Assembly: GCA_951406725.2 (NCBI GenBank) | Contig: OX597823.1 | Location: 108,872,001-108,936,000 of the forward strand | DNA from: Octopus vulgaris | Lineage: Eukaryota | Reading direction: 5' to 3' | DNA length: 64,000 nt | Shown: piece by piece, positions 12,823-25,617 of the stretch | Layout of the letters: each line of letters opens with the position of its first letter | Numbering within the stretch: position 1 is the stretch's first letter | Translations under genes and position numbers: made by a program | Notes under the pieces: model-generated | Told to the model about the DNA's origin: nothing | Databases searched by the model: none | Seen by the model: the letters and a program-made list of their open reading frames with translations, nothing else

Positions 12823-13417
12823 AGCTAACTTTTTAATCACCGAGTCTTATGAGGTTAAATCTATAGATAGGAAAAGGAAACTCATTTTTGAGACCAATTT
12901 AGAAACATGTCTATTGAATGTATGAAACGCAATGTAGTTTGTGTGTTAGCAAACTAGCGACAAGAGAAACCCGAAAGCACTACAAGAACCATACAAAGCA
13001 CAACAGAATTTAGTTGAGTTAAGTATGTATGGGAATATATCATTGCTATTATGTTAAACTGTCGTATGTCCAAATTTGGCCAAATACGTTTTTTTCAATA
13101 TTTACTTTTGCCTGCAGTAGCCGGTTCTTTTGGACAAATATCGTATCTCCTGCTGCTTCAGATGAAAATTATCAAAGTGTAGTACAACAGTTAAGCATTT
13201 TTCAGAAACGTACTAAGTCCCACATACGACAGTTTTGCAAAAATATTTCTGACTGAAAATATCATACATGCAAGGAGTTACGATTTTATGCACCCAACAA
13301 AGTATCATTGTTAAGCTGAAACTGTTGCAAATGTAAAAAGAAATGGAATGGTGAAACTATTTTTTTTTTGCTGAAAAAGCAACGTTTTGTATTTACGACA
13401 CTTTTGCATAATAACAG

Positions 13418-13490
<73 letters not shown>

Positions 13491-13499
13491 CGTGTGTGT

Positions 13500-13772
13500 G
13501 TACGTGACTTCAATTCCTGACGTTGTCTCTTTGAGCAAGACACTTTATTTCACGTTGCTCCAGTCCACTCAGCTTGCAAAATTGAATAGTACCTGTTTTT
13601 AAAAGGGCCAGCCCTGTCACACTCTGTATCACGCTGAATCGCCCCGGGAACTACGTTAACGAGTACTCGTGTCTGTGGAGTGCTCAACCACTTGCATGTT
13701 AATTTCACAAGCAATCTGTTTCGTTGATTGTATCAGCTGGGACCCTCGTCGTCGTAACCAACGGAGTGCTCC
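13500..13772 (+). mobile_element. SINE family C (tRNA-derived)
   Basis: CTTTGAGCAAGACACTTTATTTCACGTTGCTCCAGTCCACTCAGC...GAACTACGTTAA...CCCTCGTCGTCGTAACCAACGGAGTGCT; the 3' half is shared with 23991-24346. Confidence 0.75.
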
Positions 13773-13787
13773 TCATATATGTATATA

Positions 13788-13847
<60 letters not shown>

Positions 13848-14000
13848 TAGTTGAATGAATTATCCTAGTATGGATAATTCGGCTAACCGATACCTGGGTA
13901 GCAAATTCACGTCAGAAAAACACGGTTGAAGCTACATGCCAAGGGCAGAGATCACATGCTTTCGTGTGGAAATTTGTGTGTTGTTTAATACAAATAAATG

Positions 14001-14373
14001 AAAGAATGGAGTTGAACGACGATTTAACAAAATTCCTTTATTCTCGACATATGTTTCGAAGGCTGCATATTCCTAATTTCGAAGGAATAAGGGGTGCATT
14101 ATGCTGCCTTCTCATCAGGAGAGACAAGGAACTTATGTCAGCATCAAGATGAACAAAAACTCTTAGATGACTGCCCACTCTATCGCATATGCGACTCCGA
14201 GTGGGCAGTCATCTAAGTGTTTTTGTTCATCTTGATGCTGACATAAGTTCCTTGTCTCTCCTGATGAGAAGGCAGCATAATGCACCCCTTATTCCTTCGA
14301 AATTAGGAATATGCAGCCTTCGAAACATATGTCGAGAATAAAGGAATTTTGTTAAATCGTCGTTCAACTCCAT

Positions 14374-14378
<5 letters not shown>
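14001..14378. repeat. Long inverted repeat (180-bp arms, 18-bp spacer), probably inverted Penelope-like pLTRs
   Basis: 14001-14180 is the reverse complement of 14199-14378 with one mismatch seen. The ORF track gives the same peptide on both strands. Confidence 0.95.
14257..14337 (+). ncRNA. Type I hammerhead ribozyme motif (mirror copy on the minus strand at 14042-14122)
   Basis: TCTC-CTGATGA-GAAGGC...GCCTTC-GAAA-C-ATAT-G-TC-GAGA: stem I TCTC/GAGA, intact CUGAUGA and GAAA core, stem II GAAGGC/GCCTTC, minimal palindromic stem III, GUC triplet ending at 14333. Confidence 0.8.
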
Positions 14379-14429
<51 letters not shown>

Positions 14430-14462
14430 TTACATATAAGAGAACAAAGTGTACGTACGCTG

Positions 14463-14528
<66 letters not shown>

Positions 14529-14532
<4 letters not shown>

Positions 14533-14870
14533 ACAAAATTGGACAAGAACGCAAAACATCCAAATAGACGATACAAAAACACGGACGGGTCATTCGAAGC
14601 CTTTAATCTTCAGTCAAGAACCGGATCATCCTCGCAATTTCAGCTGATTAATCTTGAGATTGCTCCAATCTGGCCAGCCTCAAGGAAAAACTAAGCTAAG
14701 AGCATTAGATTCCTTGGAAAAAGGATCGAATGTATACGAAACAAGGACAGAAAAACGGACGATGTTACACGAATATAAATACAAAAAGAACCCCAAAAAT
14801 AATACGAATATAAATACAAAAAAACAATAATAATAACAACAACAATAATAAGAATAAGAACAGGACGCGA
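14529..14870 (-). mobile_element. Companion repeat family F (unclassified); other copies at 19610-19737 and 34313-34585
   Basis: Shared TAATCAGC(C/T)GAAATT...TTGACTGA(A/G)GA...CTTCGAATG...TGTATCGTCT...TTGTCC among the three copies. The strand assignment is arbitrary. Confidence 0.7.
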
Positions 14871-15545
14871 TGGATTATCTTGTGACCGATAAATGTGGGT
14901 TCAGTAAAGTAAAGCGTTAATCATGTTGTATGGGTACGGATATGTCGCTTGGGGCCTGCTGGTGCCTTGCAAACCTTTTGAGGACTCAGTTTGCTTTAGT
15001 ACTTGTGGATCATTCACTACTTGTTTTCTTGAGTGTATGGCGTGACATGCTTTGCTTCGTACCACAATGACAGTTAAGGTTTCCATTTAGAGAAGTAGCG
15101 TTTTGCCAGCGCTCCTTCATGTTTGCACAAAGTTAGTCCTGATGTTGGAGTCGACTTTGCTCAAATCTTTGAACTGAAGAGAAGCAGGACGATCGCCAGG
15201 TTCTGCGTTCTGGGACGCTTTATGTGTATGTGTGTGTATGTTATTGTGTGTGTATAAGTAGATTAGTATGTATGTATGTATGTATGTATGTGAAGAGAGC
15301 TAAGGAGGAAGAGACACAGACACCTACACATATACCTTGTGTGTGAATGTGTGTATACGTGTACGTGCATATAAATATCTATTTCGATGGTTGTAGCGAA
15401 AAGACAAAAGTACTCACTATATGGTGTAGAACACAAATAGATTTATTCGACTACTGCCCGCTCCGTTCATTTATTTTTCGCGAATGCTTTTACTCCATAA
15501 CAGTTTAACTTACCCACACTTAAACGGCATAAAATATCGATTGAT

Positions 15546-15592
<47 letters not shown>

Positions 15593-15660
15593 CTGTGTGT
15601 GTGTATGTGTGTGTATATATATACATATATATATATATATACATGCATGAATGTATGTAA

Positions 15661-15701
<41 letters not shown>

Positions 15702-16623
15702 TGTACGTATATGTATATAAATATATATATGTATATGTGTGTGTATATATATGGATATATATAGATGTATATATATATAAATTTATATACATTTATATAT
15801 ATGTATACATATATTTGCACGGACACACACACACACACACATCCTGCAAGAAAATATTCATGTCTAAATGTTATGGTATGATGTTCTCAAAATTTTTTCT
15901 TACGTTCTCGTATTTATCGAATAATTACAATAACACTAATAGTAATAATACTGATAACGACAATATCATAACAACAACAACAACAACAATAGTAATACTG
16001 ATAATGATCTTATTCACAATAAAATCATAATAATAACATTGATAATATTGCAACTACATCTAGTGCTTGTACTACTAAGAGGCATAACAATAATATCAAT
16101 ATTAATAATGATGATGATGAGAAGAGGAATAAAAAGCAAAAGAAGAGGTAAGAGAAGAAGAAGAATCTGAAGGAGACAGAAAGAGTAAAGTAATCTATTG
16201 AGTTTTCGCCACCCTCCTGTCTACACAAATTTTATTATCGAGCTTTTCATTGAATCATAATATAATAAATTACATTTTCTTTAGTAGTTACAGGAGAATG
16301 GTAGAATGGTACTGCTTCAGTTTGGCAATATTTGGTGGATATTCTAGACTTTTCTTTCTGTCAGTTTTTGTCCTTATATGTGTTTGAGTATGTGCCTTCC
16401 TTTGTGTGTGTGTGTGTATGTGTGTGCGTGTGTGTGAGCATGTATGTATAGGTGGGCTTTTGTGTTTGTGTGTATGTCTATGTATATATTAGAGAAATGC
16501 TTTCATCAAATAATAAATGTTATTTAATATTCGGTGATATTAGTTATTAGAATAGACTGTATATAGTTTTACGACTCAATAGCTAATACTAGCAGAATTT
16601 GCTCCTCTCTCTCTCTCTCTCTC

Positions 16624-16673
<50 letters not shown>

Positions 16674-16769
16674 TATAAATATATACATACATGCATACAT
16701 ACATATATATACATGTATATATATATATATATGTCTCTGAGTAACTTTGCATTTATTGTATGATGTATG

Positions 16770-16800
<31 letters not shown>

Positions 16801-16889
16801 ATATGTATCTCTCTCTCTCTATATATATATATACACACACACACATATGTATATATATATGCGTATGTATGCTTGTAATTATGTGAGTG

Positions 16890-16926
<37 letters not shown>

Positions 16927-17919
16927 GTGTGTATGTAATGTGTATAGTAATATTTCGTTTGTTGTACTATAGGTTATTAGTATTCTTTATGTTTTAGTAT
17001 AGCTAAGTATTGAGTATATAATGTTATATCTATTTCAGTTTTTACTGTTCCCTGTAGCAAGCAAGTTAACGTTAACATAACTTAAATTTTTGTATCTTTC
17101 ATTTTCATAACTGTTGAATTACAAACACAGTTGTATTTCCGTACACCAGTACTTACGTGGTTTTGTGTGTGTGTGTGTTTTAAAACTGATTTATCATTAC
17201 TTGAGTAAATGAGGTATAAATGAGGTAATAACGAGGTAGTAATAAGAAGCGAACATATCAGTAGTTGTCTCCCATGTTCGCGAATACAAAAGAAATATTG
17301 TCAATGATTAATATTCTTTATTTTTCTTTATCTAATTCTGATAAATAATGAGGAAAGCCCTTCAGTATTAGAACATCATATTAAAATATACCAAGTTTGG
17401 TTTGGTTTACTTGTTTCATTGAAAGACATACAACCTATTCTCTATTCAAGAAAAATAGACGGAGAAATATTATTTCAAAACACACCAAGATGCATATAGA
17501 GCTAAGCAAAATACGTGGCTTTATTTTATTAGTGTTGTTCTTATAATCAGACATAGGATTATCGTGGAACTTATAGCAAGTTGGCAAAAATATAGAGCTT
17601 CAAATTTAAGTAGTTCTAGATGTACAATGGCTGTAAAGAAAATAAAGGAGAATGGCATGCCCAGGGTTAAACAGCACCAACACTTGAACCGATGATCAAC
17701 AACAGCAGGAACAACAGCATCAACATCCTCTTTATCAGTGTCACTTAAATTGGGCTGCGGCAGAATGTTGGTGAAGTTACCTCAGACCGGGGCGAAAATG
17801 GGGTGTAAAAATGCAGTTGAGAGTGAATTGATATTATTAATTTTGAATACATAAATATATACATCGATCGATCCATCCATCCAGCCATCAGTCCACCCCT
17901 CTTTCCTTCCATCCTTTCG

Positions 17920-17974
<55 letters not shown>

Positions 17975-17980
17975 GTCTAT

Positions 17981-18567
17981 GTTAGTTAGTTAGTTAATTT
18001 GGCTCAAAAGCAAATAGCAAGGCCATGTAGGGGGACATGGAGTTAAGTACAGAGTGGTGTTCATGTAAAGAGTTCAGGCCACTTGAGGTCAAGGGAGGCT
18101 TTGAACAAAGCGGTCGTCGGCATCTTCACCATCTCGTCTGGCAGCTTGTTCCACGGATCCGCAACCCGGACGGAGAAAGCTCCTCTCCTTCGATTGAGAT
18201 GAAATCGTCGCAGGTAGAGCTTTTCGGAATGACCCTGCAGCCGACGCTCTGGAGCAGGAGTGAAGAACAGCTCTTTCGAGAGGTTACACTTTCCGCTTAT
18301 GATGTTGTGGGCGAGAATGAGATCACCACGGCGGCGGCGTTTTTCAAGAGAATAAAGGTCGAGCGTCCTCAGCCTTTCTTCGTAGGACAAATTTTTGAGA
18401 CCATGAACCATGCGGGTAGCCAGCTTCTGGACTCTTTCGAGATGCTGTATGTCTTTGAGGAGATAAGGAGAAGAGGCTTGAATCCCATACTCCAATATGG
18501 GTCTCACCAGCGTGACATAGAGTGGTAGGAATATGGCTGCTGTGAGCATTCCGAATGACCGTCGAAT
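17981..18567 (-). mobile_element. 5'-truncated CR1-clade LINE (C-terminal part of ORF2, 3' UTR and (TAAC)n tail)
   Basis: Uninterrupted IRRSF..LPLYVTLVRPILEYG..LERVQKLATRMV..LSYEERLRTLDLYSLEKRRRRGDLI..FSVRVADPWNKLP..FKASLD in ORF 18061-18699; the upstream part of that ORF is only microsatellite. The minus strand ends AATTAACTAACTAACTAAC. Confidence 0.92.
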
Positions 18568-18639
18568 GTGTATGTGTATGTGTGTAAGAGTGAGTGCATC
18601 CATGTATGATTGTATGTCTGTGTGTGTGCCTGTGTGTTT

Positions 18640-18870
18640 GTGTGTGTATGTGTATTTGTGTGTGTGTGTCACTGTGCTTGTGTTTATCACCTTCCACACA
18701 TTGAAAACCGGTGTTGGCTTCTTTACGTCACTGTAAAACTGCGGTTCGGCAAAAAAGTGTCAAATAGAATAAGTACCAGGTTTTACAAAATCAATACTGG
18801 GGTACATTCGTTCGACTAAACCCTCCAAAGCGACACCCCAGCATGGGCGTAATCCAATCATTGAAGCAAA
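18640..18870 (+). mobile_element. SINE family B, 3' half
   Basis: GGTGTTGGCTTCTTTACGTCACTGTAA...GGTTCGGCAAAA...AGAATAAGTACCAGG...TTCGACTAAA...CCAGCATGG. Confidence 0.7.
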
Positions 18871-18920
18871 CAAAACCTATACACCCCACTACACATATAT
18901 ATATTTAGATATATACATAC

Positions 18921-18994
<74 letters not shown>

Positions 18995-19033
18995 AAGAGA
19001 TGAGGAATTATGTATATTATTTACATTATTTAT

Positions 19034-19235
19034 ATTTGACGGATGTTTGTCCTCATCTTGTTTGTTGTTAACACAACGTTTCGGCTGATATACCCCCCTG
19101 CCTTCATCAGGTGTCTTGGGGAAATTTCGAACCTGGGTACTTATTTCTAAGGTATTTTTCGATGTTATTATTATTATTATTATTATGGCGTAGTGGTTAA
19201 ACCCAAGATTCCGAATTCGATTCCAAGCAGTGACT

Positions 19236-19332
<97 letters not shown>

Positions 19333-19343
19333 TGATAATAATG

Positions 19344-19413
<70 letters not shown>

Positions 19414-19609
19414 TAATAATAATAATAATAATAATGATGATGATGATGATGATAATAATAATAATAATAATAACAACAACATCGAAGAATACCTGAGGAA
19501 TGAGAACCCAGGTTCGAAATTTCCCCAAGACACCGATGTAGGCTGGAGGGTATATCAGCCGAAACGTTGTGTTAACAACAAACAAGATGAGGACAAATAT
19601 CCGTCGAAT
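19034..19609. repeat. Inverted repeat (about 133-bp unique arms, 19034-19166 and 19477-19609) around a tRNA-like fragment and (AAT)n; arms carry a minimal hammerhead-like motif
   Basis: The arms are reverse complements with scattered mismatches. The minus strand of 19071-19114 reads ACAC-CTGATGA-A-GGCAG...CAGCC-GAAA-CG-TT-GTGT. Confidence 0.85.
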
Positions 19610-19737
19610 TAATCAGCCGAAATTGCTACGATGATCCGGTTCTTGACTGAAGATTGAGGGCTTCGAATGTCCCGTCCGTGTTTTTTGTATCGTCTTCTAA
19701 GTGTTTTGCGTTCTTGTCCCATTTTGTATTTTTCTAC
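19610..19737 (+). mobile_element. Companion repeat family F fragment, directly abutting the inverted repeat
   Basis: Reverse complement of about 14529-14651. Confidence 0.75.
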
Positions 19738-19762
19738 ATATAATAATAATAAAAATAATAAT

Positions 19763-19816
<54 letters not shown>

Positions 19817-20126
19817 AAATAGGGGGTGTATTTCCACGCAGGAAAAAGTATAGGCAAATTTGTTGTTGAAAATGCAGCAAAATTTGAAAAACTTGTAATT
19901 TTTTTAAAATGAATTTATTTACACATATACCAAACTAGTTTCGACAATATTATTTGTTTATCAATGGTAAACATTTAGAATTATAAATTAGAAAAGCATG
20001 TTTAAAAGTTTCAATGTTGACAAGTTTAAAGGTTTATAACAGACAATAATATAAAAACCTGTTAATCAACTTGTTTAAATGTACAAAATACGCACACACA
20101 CACGCACACATACACACACACACACA

Positions 20127-20165
<39 letters not shown>

Positions 20166-20714
20166 GTCTGTATGGAAAGAGGTAGTTCTTTCCTAGGGAT
20201 AAATTTTATCCAAGTGTACACCAGTTTAGCACTACATCGATTAACGATATTGGAAATTCTATATGTGTGTAATTTACTAGTGTTTATCGTTGAGTCTTCT
20301 TCGTTATTAATACCTTACACCTCTGAAATTCCAGGTTTCCATCGTTTTCGATACAGGAGGAGAAAATTTTTTAATGCAACATTTCAATTGGAATAAACTC
20401 ACCATCCGATAGAAAGTGAAAAATTTTAGTTTTATACTCTTTTCAACTTAATAAAGCACATTGGATGTATAAATATGGATGGGAGAAATCAACCGAAACG
20501 CCGCGTAGGCAATATGAATGGATTATGATAGTAAATAAATTGATCATCCTATGTATGCATTCTCCATTTACTTTAAATATGTGTGTGGATGGGAGAAGGA
20601 TAAAAAGAATAAAAGAATATATATATGTGTGTGTGCGTGTGTGTGTGTGTGTGTGTGTATTTATGGATAGATAGACAGACAGGCAGACAGACAGATAGAT
20701 AGATAGGTAGATCA

Positions 20715-20930
20715 TGAGGTGATGCATGGCCCAGTGGTTACAGCGTTGAATTGGACCGGGCGATGCTTTGTTTTCTTAGGCAAAACACTTCATTTCACGT
20801 TGTTCCTGTTCATTCAACTATCAAAAGTGAGTAACCCTGCAACGAGCTGGCGTCCTGTCCAGGAGGTAATATACATGAGCCGCAGAAATCAGGAAACCGG
20901 TACAATGAGCCTATATGACTTGAGTAGGAA
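20715..20930 (+). mobile_element. SINE family C variant
   Basis: TGGCCCAGTGGTTA head, GGACCGGGCGATG and GGCGTCCTGTCCAGG...GGAAACCGG shared with 50465-50770. Confidence 0.65.
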
Positions 20931-21364
20931 TCGCTCTCCTTTATATTTATCCTATACATATATATGCATAACCAAACTATATAAAAGGCAACGTGTATAT
21001 AATAAAATGCTTATAAACATCTATGCATGCGTGTGTATATAAAAGTGTGTGTGTATGTATATATGCATCTGTGTGTCTGTCTGTATACGTACGTGTGTTT
21101 GTGTGTGTGTATTCTTGTGTGTTTTATTCGGGTATTAACCATATCATAGGCTCCAAATATATTTGTGTGTAGTTATACATACATATATACATGTGTATAT
21201 GCGCATCAATATTTATCTGCGTATATAGAAACATACACATACATACACACTTCCATACTAACCTACATACACACACATCTACACACAGACAGATATTGGT
21301 ATTATCTGATTCTCTAATTATTGTCTCATTTATTTCTTAACAGATTCTTAGACAAATATTCTCT

Positions 21365-21418
21365 TGTTGTTGTCATCGTCGTTGCCATTGTTGCTGTTGT
21401 TGTTGTTGTTGTTGTTGC

Positions 21419-21452
<34 letters not shown>

Positions 21453-21890
21453 GTTCTTCTTCTTCTTCTTCTTCTTCTTCTTCTTCTTCTTCGTCTCCTT
21501 CTCCTTCTCCGTCTTCTTCTCCTCCTCCTCCTCCTCCTCCTCCTCCTCTTCTTCTCCATCTTCTTCTCCTCCTCCTCTCCTCCTCCTCCTCCTCCTCCTT
21601 CTTCTTCTCCATCTTCTTCTTCTCCTCCTCCTCCTCCTCCTCCTTCTTCTTCTTCTTCTTCTTCTTCTTCTTCTTCTCCTTCTTCTTCTTCTTCTTCTTC
21701 TTCTTCTTCTTCTTCTTCTTCTTCTCCTTCTTCTCCTCCTCCTCCTCCTCCTCCTCCTCCTTCTTCTTCTTCTTCTTCTTCTTCTTCTTCTTCTTCTTCT
21801 TCTTCTTCTTCTTCTTCTTCTTCTTCTTCTTCGTCACTCTTTTCCTTTCTTTTATTTCTTTTGGTTTTTCTCTTTTTTTTTTTTTTTTTT
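21365..21890. repeat. (GTT)n followed by a long (CTT/CCT)n polypyrimidine microsatellite
   Basis: Directly visible. Confidence 0.95.
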
Positions 21891-22019
21891 TAAAGACAGA
21901 AATCAAGAAATGATTATTTTATTTTTCTATTTCTGTTCGTTGAGCTTATTCTCTTCTTAGTCTTAACAAAAAAATAACAAGAGTGACAACAACAACAACA
22001 ACAACAACAACAACACACC

Positions 22020-22080
<61 letters not shown>

Positions 22081-22597
22081 GAATTACAAGAGCAGCCAAA
22101 AAGAAAAAAAAAAAACAACATAGATATAAATTGAAAATGATAAAAAAAAAAAAAAACCCAGAAAACTAAAATAAATAATCCTCTTGAAAATCAGCGTGGC
22201 AAAGTATTATAGTTTTACAGGAAGATGTAAATCAATTGAGAAGACAGTTATTAAACAGAATGTAATTTCAATCAATTTTGTTTTTCTACATTTGATTTAC
22301 AATAAAGTAGATATATTTAATTGTTTTTCTACAATGTTATTTCATTCATTCATTCTTTCATTTATTTATTCCTTCCATCGTTTATCCATTTATTCGTTTT
22401 GTATTTATTTAGTATTTTAGTCATTTATTCTTCTGTTCACTTATCCTTTCTCATTCGAACATTTATATATATATATATATACAATTATTCAATCATTCAG
22501 TCAAACGTTTATTCGTTTAACCATTCCTCCAATCATTCGTTCATTCAGCCATTCATATATGAAGAGCAAATTTCACTAAAATATTTTCATTATAATG

Positions 22598-22815
22598 ATG
22601 GTCCCGAGGGTGATGGATTAGTCGCATCATTAGAGCATCGGGGGAAAAAAAAAAATATTTTGCGGCATTTATACCAACGTTCTCAGTTCAAAATTGTCCA
22701 AAGCCAACTTAGCATTTCATTCCTTCGGGATCGATAAAATGAAGTAACAGTAAAGTTCTGGGAATAGATATACTAGGCTGATCCTTCGAAAAATCCTAAA
22801 CTTATGCTTTAATTA
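22598..22815 (+). mobile_element. SINE family A, old diverged copy
   Basis: ACGTTCTCAGTTCAAAATTGTCCAAAGCCAACTTAGCATTTCATTCCTTCGGGATCGATAAAATGAAGTAACAG. Confidence 0.6.
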
Positions 22816-22895
22816 GAAACAGATGTAATAATGACTCTACCGCTTTTGCGCAAATCCCTTATAACGGAGTCTGCTCATTATAGAGTGAGAGGGGA

Positions 22896-22941
<46 letters not shown>

Positions 22942-23795
22942 AGGGAGGATAGTGTGCGCTTACAGTATGGTGTGTTATAAAAAACAATATTGTGTTAGGG
23001 AGGACAAAACGTATCCCGTTTATTATATTGAGGTATATTTTATTAAATCACTATTTGTTGAATCATAGTTCCTGGTAGAATAAATACATAATACAATATC
23101 GGTGAGGTTTGAAATCAGAATATATTACACTGCGGCTAAATACTTTAAAATATTTAGTCCAGTAACTCTATTACTAACCAAGTTATCAGACCTATGTCGA
23201 ACACCTCGTGGAGTGTAAATTGCACCATCGAAATTATCTTGTCACTTAACAGGGAACGCATCAAAAATAAAATCATGTATTAAGCTATTATCCGGAGACG
23301 GTATTATATATTTTCAAGAAAATAAATTTTAGAGAAGGTATTTATATGTCTTCTTGAGAATGAAAAAAACCAGCCTATTTCACTTCTCTCATTAATTGCA
23401 TGTAGAAACTGAAGACCGTATCAAACAATAATAAATCCATAAGATGGTCAAAGTTGAATACGCAAAGCTTTACTTTAGCAGTTAGGCGACTTTTGCTTGT
23501 CTTAGGCGTATAATATGTCCTGCATTGTTCAACAAAGACAAGAGGTAATTGTGAAGTGTAGGCATAAGAAGGAATGTTTGTTACAGACGGGATAGAATTC
23601 CAATACACACAAACAATAATTATCTTATCAATTTCATGCAAGCAACTGAAATAGTACTGTACTCTAATCCCGTTCCAATCTCCTAAAAGGAACTGCAAAA
23701 GTAAAAAATACTCTGAGTAGTGAATGATCGAAAATTTCATGCTACTTGAAAGGAAGAATATACTTATACATACACACACATACACGTGTGTGTCC

Positions 23796-23874
<79 letters not shown>

Positions 23875-23934
23875 CATCCATCCGTCCGTCCGTCCGTCTC
23901 TCTGTCTGTCTGTCTGTCTATCTCTCTCTGTCTC

Positions 23935-23990
<56 letters not shown>

Positions 23991-24346
23991 ATGGAATGGA
24001 AGCACTCCGTCGGTTACGACGACGAGGGTTCCGGTTGATCCGAATCAACGGAACAGTCTGCTCGTGAAATTAACGTGTAAGTGGCTGAGCACTCCACAGA
24101 CACGTGTACCCTTAACGTAGTTCTCGGGGATATTCAGCGTGACACAGAGAGCGACAAGGCCGGCCCTCTGAAATATAGGTACAACAAATACAAGAAGTAA
24201 GAGTGAGAGAAAGTTGTGGTGAAAGAGTACAGCAGGGATCACCACCATCCCCTGCCGGAGCCTCGTTAGGTGTTTTCGCTCAATAAACACTCACAACGCC
24301 CGGTCTGGGAATCGAAACCGCGATCCTATGACCGCGAGTCCGCTGC
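23991..24346 (-). mobile_element. SINE family C, near-full copy between (TA)n tracts
   Basis: Minus strand GGCAGCGGACTCGCGGTCATAGGATCGCGGTTTCGATTCCCAGACCGGGCG (B-box GGTTTCGATTCC); body shared with 13500 and 50465. Confidence 0.85.
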
Positions 24347-24533
24347 CATATATATATATATATGTATAAAGAGGGACAGAGATACACACACACGCACACA
24401 TACACACACGCAAATACACACGCATATACAAAAATAAATACACACATATAGACATATTTATACATCAGTTTATAGATTGTATATATTGTTTTCGGGATAG
24501 GCAAATGTGGAAATGGATGAATTAGTGCTTAAA

Positions 24534-24599
<66 letters not shown>

Positions 24600-25565
24600 T
24601 GCACACACACACACACATATTTGTTGTGTTGAGATTTTGTTGGTGGTGAGCAAACGTGTGTGTCTGATAATTATGTGTGAGTGCGTGTATTTGTGTATGT
24701 GCGTAATTCTCTGTATACTTATACGTACACATATGTAATCATTTGTTTTGAATACATATTTATATCCAGCCACAAATGGGAGTGCAAATTTCTTTTACTA
24801 CACTCTACTCACCACCTATATAAATAGACTGACTGGGACCAATGATTTCCAGTAGATTAGGGGGCCAATAATAATTTTTTTTATTATTTAAAGTTGTTAT
24901 TCTTGCAATTGTTGTAATATTAGTTGTTGTTATTGCTGTTATTTTTTTTAATGAGGACATTATGATCATACATTAAGGAAAGAAATGGCCCAGACTGAAG
25001 AATTAATCATTTGTTTTTTTAAGAAAAGTAAAAACAAAACAAAAACAAAACTAAAATTAAACAAAACGCTCCACCTAAAAAAGTAAAAAAAAAAAAGAAG
25101 AAAAATATGAAGAAAAAATATATACGAAACCACAAATATTAGGAGAATGAAATGAAGCCAGAATATAAAAAGTGAAAGGTTTTTTTTTTTTAACGTAGGA
25201 TAAAAATGGAGAAAAAAAATATTAATATATAAAAGAAAGCCCAGATTTAAAGAATGTGGAACATCTCATGAAGTTGTTAGTTACGATGGTGCTGTGAGCT
25301 ATATTACGGTTTTGAACTTAAAATGGCGGTGTCAGGGATTCCTGGTTTGCTTTGATATTGCCTAGAACAACGTTAGCCTAGCATGAAGATGGAATGGGTG
25401 ATAAAATTTGTTTATGTAAACCCAACTAAAATTATGACAGTCAGTTCATCCAACCTAAACTTTTATTTCTAGAAAATTCATTTCACCTACTTTATCTTTT
25501 CTTTTCCTGCTCTTTTCTTGTTTTTGATGTTGTTGTTGTTGTTGCATTAATTTGTTCTGCTCTCT

Positions 25566-25617
<52 letters not shown>

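Noticed and set aside
14870-15220. Possible Penelope ORF remnant adjacent to family F
   Set aside because: No convincing RT or GIY-YIG motif in any frame by eye.
19186-19238. tRNA gene
   Set aside because: Only A-box- and B-box-like motifs; too short and no cloverleaf.
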